DNA of 64,000 nt from contig JBEKSC010000002.1 of assembly GCA_049517415.1 (NCBI GenBank), positions 1-64,000 of the forward strand, in the 5' to 3' direction. The position numbers and the translations under genes are program-made. Positions 31,009 to 39,153 of the stretch are shown here, piece after piece; within the stretch, counting starts at the first letter, position 1; each line of letters opens with the position of its first letter. This DNA comes from Candidatus Bathyarchaeia archaeon. GTDB taxonomy: Archaea > Thermoproteota > Bathyarchaeia > 40CM-2-53-6. A model generated the notes under the pieces. It ran no database searches, had not been told where the DNA came from, and worked only from the letters and a program-made list of their open reading frames with translations.

Positions 31009-31198
31009 TGGCGGGCCCGCCGGGATTTGAACCCGGGACCCTTCCCCAAGAAGGCTTCTCGGCCTGTTTCTTTTCGGGTGGCTTCCCATGGGTTCTAAAA
31101 GCCCAGAGGTAAAAGCATCACCGACACCTACCTGGCGTCTCCGATGCTCTACCTTTTCAGGATCCAATCTTGAAAGGATCTGACTGAGCTACGGGCCC
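31009..31198 (-). tRNA. tRNA-Lys(UUU) with four BHB introns (17/17a, 30/31, 37/38, 43/44)
   Basis: introns 31155-31181, 31117-31140, 31080-31109, 31042-31073; spliced 77 nt: GGGCCCG TA GCTC AGTCAGGTA GAGC A TCGGG CTTTTAA CCCGA GGGTC CCGGG TTCAAAT CCCGG CGGGCCC G CCA. Confidence 0.9.
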
Positions 31199-31250
31199 CG
31201 AACGTTCACAGCACGGACCAGTATCAAAAGCGTTTCGCACGTATGAAGTT

Positions 31251-32225
31251 CTATGATGTTGCTTCTCCGAGAATCACAGTTACGGTGCCTTGTTCGTTGT
31301 TGCGCCCGATCGAGAGTTCGATGTTCTCGCCGACCTTCTTGTTTTGAACAGAATGCTGCAATTCCTCCCAGCTCTTCAGCGGCTTTTTGTCGGCTTCTAG
31401 GATTACGTCTCCGGCGGATACGCCGCCCTGGTTAGCAGGGCTACCCCTCCCCACTTTGACAACCAATACGCCGTTCTCGCTTGGGATATCGTATGATTCC
31501 GCTATGGCCCTGTTCAGGGTTATACCTGAGATTCCTAAGTACGGCCGGACAACTCGTCCGTTCTGTAAGATTTCCTTCGCAATTCCCCTGGCCGTATTGA
31601 TGGGGATGGCGAACCCGATGCCCTGCGCAAATGGTATGTTCGCCGTATTAACGCCGATAACAGATCCCGTGCTGTCAACCAATGGGCCGCCGCTGTTCCC
31701 CGGGTTGATCGCTGCGTCGGTCTGAATCAAATCCTCATACATGTGATCCTCGATGTGTATGTGCCTCTTCAGCGCACTCACTACGCCAACAGTTGCAGTT
31801 GGCCCTGGAAGCAGGAACCCGTATGGGTTCCCAATCGCTATGGCAATCTGTCCAACGACTAGGTTGTCCGAATCTCCCAACTTCACCTTCGGCAGGTCTT
31901 CGCCGTCCACGCGAACAACTGCGATGTCGGACATGGCGTCCGAGCCTAGAACTTCGCCTTTGAATTTCTTGCCTTCAGTCGTTACGACTTCGACGCGCGA
32001 TGCGTCTTCAACTATGTGGTGATTGGTTAAGATTCCGCCGTTAGAATCGAATATTATGCCTGACCCTAAACCGCGTAATGGTATTGTGTCGTAGAAGTTC
32101 TCGCGAATCACGCGCAGAGTCGCCACAGTGACTACTGCGGGGCTGACTTTCTGGATAGCAGCAGTTACATCTTTCTCGTTAACAGGAATCAATTCCAATG
32201 ATACCTCAGAGCAAAATGAAAACAA
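31251..32225 (-). CDS. HtrA/DegP-like serine protease with PDZ domain, no TM
   Basis: LTNHH, IQTDAAINPGNSGG, PYLGI; true start probably slightly downstream. Confidence 0.92.
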   Translation of the reverse strand: MFSFCSEVSLELIPVNEKDVTAAIQKVSPAVVTVATLRVIRENFYDTIPLRGLGSGIIFDSNGGILTNHHIVEDASRVEVVTTEGKKFKGEVLGSDAMSDIAVVRVDGEDLPKVKLGDSDNLVVGQIAIAIGNPYGFLLPGPTATVGVVSALKRHIHIEDHMYEDLIQTDAAINPGNSGGPLVDSTGSVIGVNTANIPFAQGIGFAIPINTARGIAKEILQNGRVVRPYLGISGITLNRAIAESYDIPSENGVLVVKVGRGSPANQGGVSAGDVILEADKKPLKSWEELQHSVQNKKVGENIELSIGRNNEQGTVTVILGEATS

Positions 32226-32280
32226 CCGAGCTCTATTTAATGACTAAGTGATCATAAAACTAGACAAGAGGGCCAACGAG

Positions 32281-32421
32281 ATGGATGATGCGAAGTTCCT
32301 TAGGTGCGGAAAATGCGGTTACGAATTCCTTTCCAAAGCGTTGAACTCACCATGCCCTAAATGCAAGAGCCAAACCCTCGAAGAGAAAGACATGAAAACC
32401 TTGTCCGGTTTCAATGATTAG
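32281..32421 (+). CDS. 46-aa zinc-ribbon microprotein (not in the ORF track)
   Basis: MDDAKFLRCGKCGYEFLSKALNSPCPKCKSQTLEEKDMKTLSGFND*; two CxxC knuckles. Confidence 0.7.
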   Translation: MDDAKFLRCGKCGYEFLSKALNSPCPKCKSQTLEEKDMKTLSGFND

Positions 32422-32481
32422 ACAGAAGACTTTGCCCTAGCGTCCTGGCCTCTCTTTATTGTAGGAGTGCCGAACGCGGGT

Positions 32482-32586
32482 TGGCGCCCTTCGCCAGGAG
32501 AAGGCTAGGCTGCTCCTTTGGGCGGGATTCGAACCCGCGTCGACGACGTGACAGGCCGTCATCCTAGACCACTGAACGACCAGGGC
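32482..32586 (-). tRNA. tRNA-Asp(GUC) with a 29-nt intron in the acceptor stem (68/69)
   Basis: intron 32490-32518; CC-CGCC-CA|A-AGGAG...CTCCT-GGCG-AA|G-GG is a complete hBHBh'; splicing restores CCAGGGC-G-CCA pairing with 5' GCCCTGG. Confidence 0.92.
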
Positions 32587-32717
32587 ATCGGCACCCCAGA
32601 AATCGCTGTGCCAGCTTAAAGCCTTGCTACAACATATACGCGGAACAGAAAAGACGCCAAGCATATCTTACGGTGGTCTTCGCTAGGATGTGACGGCATA
32701 CGGACTCATATTTGGTT

Positions 32718-32819
32718 ATGCTGTTGGTCATAGTCGCGGTGCTGATCCTTGTACCGGTCATCGTAGCCTACGCACATGTTCGTCAACGCCTGCTCGAAAG
32801 AATCTTCAAGAACAGATGA
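32718..32819 (+). CDS. possible 33-aa single-TM peptide
   Basis: MLLVIVAVLILVPVIVAYAHVRQRLLERIFKNR*; hydrophobic helix with basic tail. Confidence 0.35.
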   Translation: MLLVIVAVLILVPVIVAYAHVRQRLLERIFKNR

Positions 32820-32821
32820 TT

Positions 32822-34543
32822 TCACGGGCGGGTTGTAAGGACCTTCGCGAAATCGTTCTCGAAATATTCATCTTTGTTCCTGGTTAGGGAACCTCTCTGG
32901 TCGGTTCCGAGTTTCCGCAGGTCTGTCCTCTTGATCTTCCCGCTCACGGTCTTAGGCAGTTCGCTTACGAATTGTATGATCCGCGGCCGTTTGTAGGGCG
33001 CCATGTGCTGCCTGGTGAAGTTGAATATCTCCAAGGCCAGTTCTCTAGAAGCAATCAAGTTTGGTTTTAGCATCACGTACGCTTTTGGAACGAACCCTCT
33101 CAACGGATCTGGACTTGCAACGACAGCAACCTCCGTAATGGAAGGGTGGACCAGAAGTTCGCTCTCCACTTCGAAGGCACTGATCCTATAGTCTGAGCTC
33201 TTGAACACGTCGTCGGCTCGACCTATGAACCAGAAGTAGCCTTCGGCGTCCCGTGACGCCAAGTCGCCAGTGAGGTACCAATCGCCGACGAAGACCTCCC
33301 GATTCTTCTCGCGCGGGTCGATATAGCCATTCATCACTCCGACCGGCCTTCGCGGCTTAACCCGAATAGCAAGAATACCATCGGTCTTTGGTGCAACGGG
33401 ATTATATTCATCGTCCAAGATTTCTACGTTAAACCCCGGAGCTACAACTCCCATCGAACCCAATTTGATCTTCATCCCTGGGAAGAAACCAACTGTTATG
33501 GTTGTCTCAGACTGTCCGAAGCCTTCTCGTATGGTAAGCCCAGTTGCGTCGTGCACTTTCTGGTTTATTTCTGGGTTCAATGGTTCGCCGGCGCTAATGA
33601 GTTCTCTGAGCGAGAAGTGGTAGTCCTTCAAGTTCTCCAAGAGTAGGAATCTCCATACGGTTGGGGGGGCGCAGAGGGTTCTCACGTCGTGGCTTTCAAT
33701 CACGCTTAGAACGCGCTTGGGGTCGAATTTTCCAGAGTAATTGTAGAGGAAACTTGTAGCTTCTGCGTTCCAGGCTCCAAAGATACTACTATACGCGTAC
33801 TTAGCCCAGCCAGGCGCACTGATGTTGTAATGTACATCTCCCCTTCTGGCTCCGATCCAGTACATGGTACTCAGGTGCCCAACCGGGTAGCTTCCGTGGG
33901 TTTGAAGAACAAGTTTGGGCTTCGCAGTCGTTCCCGATGTAAAGTAGATGAGGAGTTCGTCTTCGGGGCTAAATGTATCCTCGGTTCTAAAGTTTGCAGA
34001 CTGATCGTCTATCTCCGCATAATCTGTCCAACCATTCCAACTTCCTCCAACGCTAACCTTGGAGACAGATTCGGGAAGTGAAGCTGAATCGATTCTACTA
34101 GTCAGTTCAGCGCCGGTGAAGATGCACTTAGCCTTCCCCCTTCCAATTCTGTCTCGAATATCGTCGACCGTCAGTAGGGTGGAGGCAGGTATGATTACGC
34201 ATCCAGCTTTCATCGCCCCGAGGAAGACTTCGAACAATTCAACGGAACTAGGCATCATGAGCATGATTCGGTCCCTTCTCTTGAGCCCTAGGGTCATCAG
34301 GAAATTTGCTGCCTTGTTGGACCGTTCTTTCATCGCTTCAAAAGTGACCTTCGTCTCCGACCCTTTGTCGTCTACGTACATTAGAGCAGGGTTGGAACAT
34401 TGCCCCGCCAGTGTATCGAAGTAATCTAAGGCCCAGTTGAACTGATTCAGCTCTGGCCAGTCGAATCCAACCTTCGCTTCCTCGTAGTTGTGTGCGTTTA
34501 GGAGGAGATCTCGAGCTGCAGTGAATTCTTTTAGGCCTGTCAA
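32822..34543 (-). CDS. medium-chain acyl-CoA synthetase (AMP-forming)
   Basis: YFTSGTTAKPK, SAGEPLN, EGFGQSE, YLTGD, PKTVSGKI. Confidence 0.92.
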   Translation of the reverse strand: MTGLKEFTAARDLLLNAHNYEEAKVGFDWPELNQFNWALDYFDTLAGQCSNPALMYVDDKGSETKVTFEAMKERSNKAANFLMTLGLKRRDRIMLMMPSSVELFEVFLGAMKAGCVIIPASTLLTVDDIRDRIGRGKAKCIFTGAELTSRIDSASLPESVSKVSVGGSWNGWTDYAEIDDQSANFRTEDTFSPEDELLIYFTSGTTAKPKLVLQTHGSYPVGHLSTMYWIGARRGDVHYNISAPGWAKYAYSSIFGAWNAEATSFLYNYSGKFDPKRVLSVIESHDVRTLCAPPTVWRFLLLENLKDYHFSLRELISAGEPLNPEINQKVHDATGLTIREGFGQSETTITVGFFPGMKIKLGSMGVVAPGFNVEILDDEYNPVAPKTDGILAIRVKPRRPVGVMNGYIDPREKNREVFVGDWYLTGDLASRDAEGYFWFIGRADDVFKSSDYRISAFEVESELLVHPSITEVAVVASPDPLRGFVPKAYVMLKPNLIASRELALEIFNFTRQHMAPYKRPRIIQFVSELPKTVSGKIKRTDLRKLGTDQRGSLTRNKDEYFENDFAKVLTTRP

Positions 34544-34679
34544 ATTTGTCGTGCCCGAGTCGAATAGAGTTTCTTCTAAGGGTTGTTTTTGATTCCTCGC
34601 ATTAGCAAGAAGCTTGAGAAATCATTCATTGTCTCTAATCGTAAGTTGCTAAATATTGCAGCCGACATAGGCAAACAAA

Positions 34680-35165
34680 TTGGTTGAAGCTAGCTTGCCG
34701 AAGAAAACTTCGATCAGGAAGAGCAAACAGGCCACCGATTTCGCACTCGTGGACCATGCGGGGAGGTTGGTGAGGCTTCGTGATTTTCGCGGCAGGAAGG
34801 TTGTTCTCTTCTTCTATGTTCACGATGATACGCCAGGGTGTACGAAGGAAGCGTGCAACTTCCGGGACGGCTATGGACGCTTGAAAGCGAGGGATGTAGT
34901 GTTGCTAGGCATCAGCCCGGACCCGATAGAATCACACAACAATTTCGCGGACAAATACAACCTTCCGTATCCTCTGCTCGTTGACGCGAAGGCGGAGGTC
35001 GCAAAGAGGTTCGGCGTTTGGGGTAAGAAGAACATGTATGGCAGAACATACTTTGGAGTAATTCGCTGCACCTTCATCATCGACGAGACGGGTACAGTCG
35101 TGAAGGAATACAGGCGTGTGAAGGTGGATGGACACTTGGACCAAATTCTCAAAGACTTGGGATGA
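34680..35165 (+). CDS. bcp: peroxiredoxin Bcp/PrxQ
   Basis: TPGCTKEACNFRD, KNMYG. Confidence 0.92.
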   Translation: MVEASLPKKTSIRKSKQATDFALVDHAGRLVRLRDFRGRKVVLFFYVHDDTPGCTKEACNFRDGYGRLKARDVVLLGISPDPIESHNNFADKYNLPYPLLVDAKAEVAKRFGVWGKKNMYGRTYFGVIRCTFIIDETGTVVKEYRRVKVDGHLDQILKDLG

Positions 35166-35665
35166 CTCTTAGGGCAACCAGCCTCAGCAAGGTGGATCCC
35201 ATGGTAAACTTGGACGTCGCGTATGTCCCAACCCCCAAGGACATCGTTCGAAGGATGCTTAGGCTGGCAAGCGTACGTCGCGGTGAAACCGTTTTCGACC
35301 TTGGAGCGGGAGACGGCCGAATCCTGATTGAGGCAGTGAGAGGGTTTGGGGCACAAGCCATAGGAGTAGAGGTAGACCCAGAACGACTAGTTCGTATGAA
35401 AGAACGATTAACGGCGACGGGCACAGAAGCCACGGTGATTCAAGGAGATTTCATGGATGCAAACGTCTCATTGGCCGACGTTGTTGCTATCTACCTTTCT
35501 GATTCGGTCAACGCTAAGCTAGAATCAAAACTGAGGAAAGAGCTCAAAACTGGGGCACGGGTTGTCTCCTTAGATTATACCCTTCCAGGCTGGGTGCCAG
35601 AGAAGGAGTTGACGGTCAAAAGCGGCGGTATTTCGCGTAAAATATACCTATATAGGGTCGCGTGA
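35162..35665 (+). CDS. class I SAM-dependent methyltransferase (protein-lysine MT-like)
   Basis: YVPTP, DLGAGDGRI, GARVVS. Confidence 0.88.
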   Translation: MTLRATSLSKVDPMVNLDVAYVPTPKDIVRRMLRLASVRRGETVFDLGAGDGRILIEAVRGFGAQAIGVEVDPERLVRMKERLTATGTEATVIQGDFMDANVSLADVVAIYLSDSVNAKLESKLRKELKTGARVVSLDYTLPGWVPEKELTVKSGGISRKIYLYRVA

Positions 35666-35778
35666 AACGCGCGTGTACCATACCGTACAGGTATCTACAT
35701 AACTTACCCAGAGGGGGGCCGAAACTTGTAAATAAAGAAGCATGCTACGCTAGTATGTTAGCATGGGGGAGGTGAGAG

Positions 35779-35961
35779 ATGTTGTCTAAGTTCAAATTTC
35801 TCCTACCCGCAATAGTACTAATCATCGTAGTAGCGCTAATCCTGGCCTCAAGCAACGCTAGTTTCCTTACATTCTCGCACGCCTGGATCGCCAAGGCTCT
35901 ATTGGGTCAAGGTACTGGAGGCGGCGGTCACGGCATGGGTAGAATAATAGGGCATCATTAA
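35779..35961 (+). CDS. small exported/membrane peptide with Gly/His-rich tail
   Basis: GGAGGTGA SD, TATA-like TAAATAA upstream, signal-like N-terminus, ends GQGTGGGGHGMGRIIGHH. Confidence 0.6.
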   Translation: MLSKFKFLLPAIVLIIVVALILASSNASFLTFSHAWIAKALLGQGTGGGGHGMGRIIGHH

Positions 35962-36050
35962 GGCCCTAGAGAGAGGCCTCTAGTTCATTCTCCTCCCCTT
36001 TTTAGTGTAAATTATAAAGTTATTATACTTGCGGCGCCATTTCCGCTTAA

Positions 36051-37226
36051 ATGCGAGCAAGGATGCTAGCGACTGAGAAGGTAGGGCTCCTCCAAAGGCA
36101 CAAAATTGTCACGGAGATCATGAAGCAACTCGACCCTACAAATATCAAGATCCTTTCCACGATGTGGGAAACTGGCCCACGGAACCTTCTCGAAGTTTCT
36201 AGAAAAACTGGTATACCATTTACCTCTGTGTATCATCGTGTGGGCAAGATTGAGGCAAAGTCAAAACGCCTCGCCACTGTGATTCCGCAGGTTTCCAAAC
36301 TTGGAATGGTAAGGATTGCTCTTTTCACCGCTGCTAGACCAGGCTCCGAAGAGAGCGTAACTACTGCGCTGAAGATACCCAACCTTTGGCGTTCCGTGAA
36401 CCGTTGCGAAGGCGCCTTCACACACGTGTCAATTCATGTCGTCCCTGTACAATTCATGAAACATTTCAGGACATACCTGAAACGACTTTCCGAATCAGGT
36501 TTGATTAAACAGTCGAAAATGTTCCTTACAGGAGAATACATTCCTAACTTCCCAGCTTTCAAGTACTACGACCCGTCCTCTAATCAATGGACATTTGACT
36601 GGGAGCGCTGGTTGAACGCGCTCAAACGGGACCCCACCAAGACGATCGAAGACCCGGAAAGTTATGCTATGCTTGCAGACGAGAAAGACCTGCTAATTAT
36701 CAAGGAACTTGAGAAGAATGCGCGACAGAGCTTCGCGGAGATTGCGCCGCTCATGGGAATATCTTTGCAAGGCGTCAAGTACCATTACGACAAGAAACTG
36801 GTTCCATCTGAAATTGTGAAGTATGTTGGTTACGATGTCTGGCCGTACCCCGAAGAAGTGTCGGCTTATCATGAGATCTTCCTCAAGTTCACTAGCACAA
36901 TAGAGATGAACAGGTTCTATTCCTTAGTCCGTGAATTGTTCTTTGTACTTGGCGTCTCAAAAGTACTTCACGAGAACTCATTGATCGTGCGAACCTACAC
37001 GCTACAAAACCAGGTTTGGAGCATGTTCTCTTTCTTCTCACAAATGGCGAAGGAAGGGATAATCGAATCATATTCTTCTGTTAGGCAAGATTTCAGCGGC
37101 AGAGAGACACAATCAATATCATTTGAGCTCTTCGACAGCGAGAAAGGATGGACTTTCGATTTAGATAACTGCCTGTCAGATCTAGCGAAACTAACTCAAC
37201 TCGTCCCAGCCGTTCAAAAGGTCTAA
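36051..37226 (+). CDS. tandem Lrp/AsnC-like wHTH transcriptional regulator
   Basis: two HTH units (LDPTNIKIL...SVYHRV; DEKDLLIIKELEKNAR...GVKYHY). Confidence 0.8.
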   Translation: MRARMLATEKVGLLQRHKIVTEIMKQLDPTNIKILSTMWETGPRNLLEVSRKTGIPFTSVYHRVGKIEAKSKRLATVIPQVSKLGMVRIALFTAARPGSEESVTTALKIPNLWRSVNRCEGAFTHVSIHVVPVQFMKHFRTYLKRLSESGLIKQSKMFLTGEYIPNFPAFKYYDPSSNQWTFDWERWLNALKRDPTKTIEDPESYAMLADEKDLLIIKELEKNARQSFAEIAPLMGISLQGVKYHYDKKLVPSEIVKYVGYDVWPYPEEVSAYHEIFLKFTSTIEMNRFYSLVRELFFVLGVSKVLHENSLIVRTYTLQNQVWSMFSFFSQMAKEGIIESYSSVRQDFSGRETQSISFELFDSEKGWTFDLDNCLSDLAKLTQLVPAVQKV

Positions 37227-37229
37227 TGC

Positions 37230-37296
37230 TGGTCCCGCGGACCGGAGTTTCGTAGAGTTTAACATCGTTTCAGTCGCTCTAAGCCTAGTAGGCTGA
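37230..37296 (-). pseudogene. decayed partial duplicate of tRNA-Tyr
   Basis: 37230-37255 matches 37341-37366 at 24/26 nt (3' exon plus part of the 59/60 intron); AGCCTAGTAGGCTGA near 37282 matches intron sequence AGCCCAGTAGGCTGA near 37438. Confidence 0.65.
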
Positions 37297-37340
37297 ACTC
37301 CAAATCGCTTCGGACCAAGACCTAGTGTAAATGACTATTA

Positions 37341-37542
37341 TGGTCCCGCGGGCCGGAGTTTCATAGGGGTTTAGGCCCTATTTTGAATTCGCCGAGCCAG
37401 CAAGGGGCTCTCCAGCGACACTCCGGTGTCCGTTGTTAGCCCAGTAGGCTGACATGGGTACGCCTTGGGCGCACACCTACAGCGTCTCCGTCGCTCCGAA
37501 TAAGAGAGACTCGGAAGCTCTACCAGGCTGAGCTACCGCGGG
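37341..37542 (-). tRNA. tRNA-Tyr(GUA) with four BHB introns (30/31, 37/38, 53/54, 59/60)
   Basis: introns 37484-37511, 37428-37476, 37388-37411, 37358-37381; spliced 77 nt: CCCGCGG TA GCTC AGCCTGGTA GAGC T TCCGG CTGTAGA CCGGA GTGTC GCTGG TTCAAAT CCGGC CCGCGGG A CCA (C1-G72 and A73 Tyr identity). Confidence 0.92.
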
Positions 37543-37677
37543 ACTGATTCAAAACCTTCGCTCTGTAGCCTATAAGGTTTCATGAACCATACGCCGAACC
37601 ACCCGTCTTAGTGGTCCGAAAATACTCGCCCGGATTAAATCCCTGGAGGCATTCTCCTCCGCGTTAGGTTAGTTAGG

Positions 37678-38085
37678 ATGATATTCAAGCGATCTTTCCG
37701 TGTTCACTGGGTTGACACAGACACTGCAGGCGTCATGCACTTTAGCAACTTCTTCCGTTACTTCGAAGCTTGCGAAGAAGAATTCTATCGTTCCCTCTCT
37801 CTGCCGCTGACTGAGATCCACGATAGATTTGGTGTATTATTACCCCGCGTCGAGGCCCACTGTCAATACAAAGCCGCGTGCAGATTCGATGAGCTGATCG
37901 ATGTTACGTTGAAAATTCGCGAGGTCCAGAAGAAGGTCATCATCTACGATTTCCAAGTTATGCGTCAATCAGATGGAAAACTGGCGGCGGAAGGCTTCGT
38001 GAAATGCATTGCTGTAGATTCAGAATGGAAAGCCGTCTCCTTACCCGGTGAAGTCTCAAGAACAATTCGTAATAGCATACTCTAA
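37678..38085 (+). CDS. 4HBT/YbgC-like acyl-CoA thioesterase
   Basis: DTDTAGVMHFSNFFRYFE. Confidence 0.88.
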   Translation: MIFKRSFRVHWVDTDTAGVMHFSNFFRYFEACEEEFYRSLSLPLTEIHDRFGVLLPRVEAHCQYKAACRFDELIDVTLKIREVQKKVIIYDFQVMRQSDGKLAAEGFVKCIAVDSEWKAVSLPGEVSRTIRNSIL

Positions 38086-38128
38086 AGACTAGATCGTGGC
38101 TGAAACTATACAACGTAAGGGTTAGAAA

Positions 38129-38794
38129 CTATCGCTGCGACCGTCCACACTTCTCGCAGAAAATTAGATCCTTGGCATTCTTCTTGCCGCAGAATTTGCA
38201 TTTCCATCGGTCAGTTTGAGCTGAGATTGCGTCATGCTTTTTTCCGCCCCTGATTCCGAGCCAGCATAGGATGATTCCTATCAACAGGAACTCGTAGCCG
38301 GCGAACTCAATAATTGGATTCAGGAGCGTTACATTCTCGACGGTGTTTAAGCTAAAGATTACGACTCGGCGAGCCGTGTCCTCGTTGTCGAAGACGAAGT
38401 AATAAGTGCTGCTAGTTGTGGGTATGAAGGTGAAGTTGGAGGATATGACCGTCGGCCGAACGAGGATGATTGCGCTGGGCTTTCCTGCTCGCCATAGGGA
38501 GAAGTTCCCCTGATCCATCACGTAGAATGCTACCTCATGCCCATCGGAGACCTCCAATGCCCCTTCCACCTGGGTACCCCCTCTTAGGTCGGCCGAGAGT
38601 GAGGTGTAGTTTGTGGCTGGCACTGCGATGAGTGTCGGTGGTAGGATTGGGAGCAGAGTCTGAGCGTGCGATGCTAAACCGAAGGTCTGTGCAATTGGGC
38701 TGAGAAACAGTGGGCCCTGCTCAAGCGTGAACACTCCCGCTAGGAGTAGGAGCACGCCGATTGTCAAAACCTTTCTTCGCATCATCCTCACCAT
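38129..38794 (-). CDS. membrane protein with extracellular beta domain and C-terminal zinc ribbon
   Basis: N-terminal TM, YYFVFDN beta-strand motif, second TM, WKCKFCG...FCEKCG. Confidence 0.7.
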   Translation of the reverse strand: MVRMMRRKVLTIGVLLLLAGVFTLEQGPLFLSPIAQTFGLASHAQTLLPILPPTLIAVPATNYTSLSADLRGGTQVEGALEVSDGHEVAFYVMDQGNFSLWRAGKPSAIILVRPTVISSNFTFIPTTSSTYYFVFDNEDTARRVVIFSLNTVENVTLLNPIIEFAGYEFLLIGIILCWLGIRGGKKHDAISAQTDRWKCKFCGKKNAKDLIFCEKCGRSQR

Positions 38795-38834
38795 TATTCA
38801 GCTAGTTTAGTTGTTCCATCGCTCCTCGACAGGG

Positions 38835-38949
38835 TGGCGGGCCCGCGGGGATTCGAACCCCGGATCCCAGGCTTTCACCGCTTCCGCCCCGAAGGCTTAC
38901 ACGACTCTTACGCATCTCTGTGTCTTAATCCTGGCTCGACTACGGGCCC
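38835..38949 (-). tRNA. tRNA-Arg(UCG) with two introns (29/30, 37/38)
   Basis: introns 38897-38917 (ACAC/GTGT helix) and 38874-38888; spliced anticodon arm CAGGC CTTCGGA GCCTG; 79 nt mature. Confidence 0.9.
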
Positions 38950-39153
38950 TTGTTGCCGGCAGCCATAGACGAAGATTGGCGTATATGGTTAGCGAAACGC
39001 CCGTGGACCGAGCACGGGAAGCTTAGATTGCGGTCCCGGTAACATCGTATTGAAGACGATACCCCCCTCTGATATCCCTTCATGGAGAAAAAGGAATACT
39101 GTTAGGTACCATACGTCTATGCGTCGAACATGTGGTGAAAACAACTGCCCATC

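Noticed and set aside
31090..31104. Second GGGCTTTTA as the real Lys anticodon exon
   Set aside because: The first copy (31110-31116) gives better BHB motifs on both sides; the second lies inside the intron hairpin
32437..32664. ORFs overlapping tRNA genes (also 38811-39026, 49648-49979)
   Set aside because: Explained by the tRNA sequences
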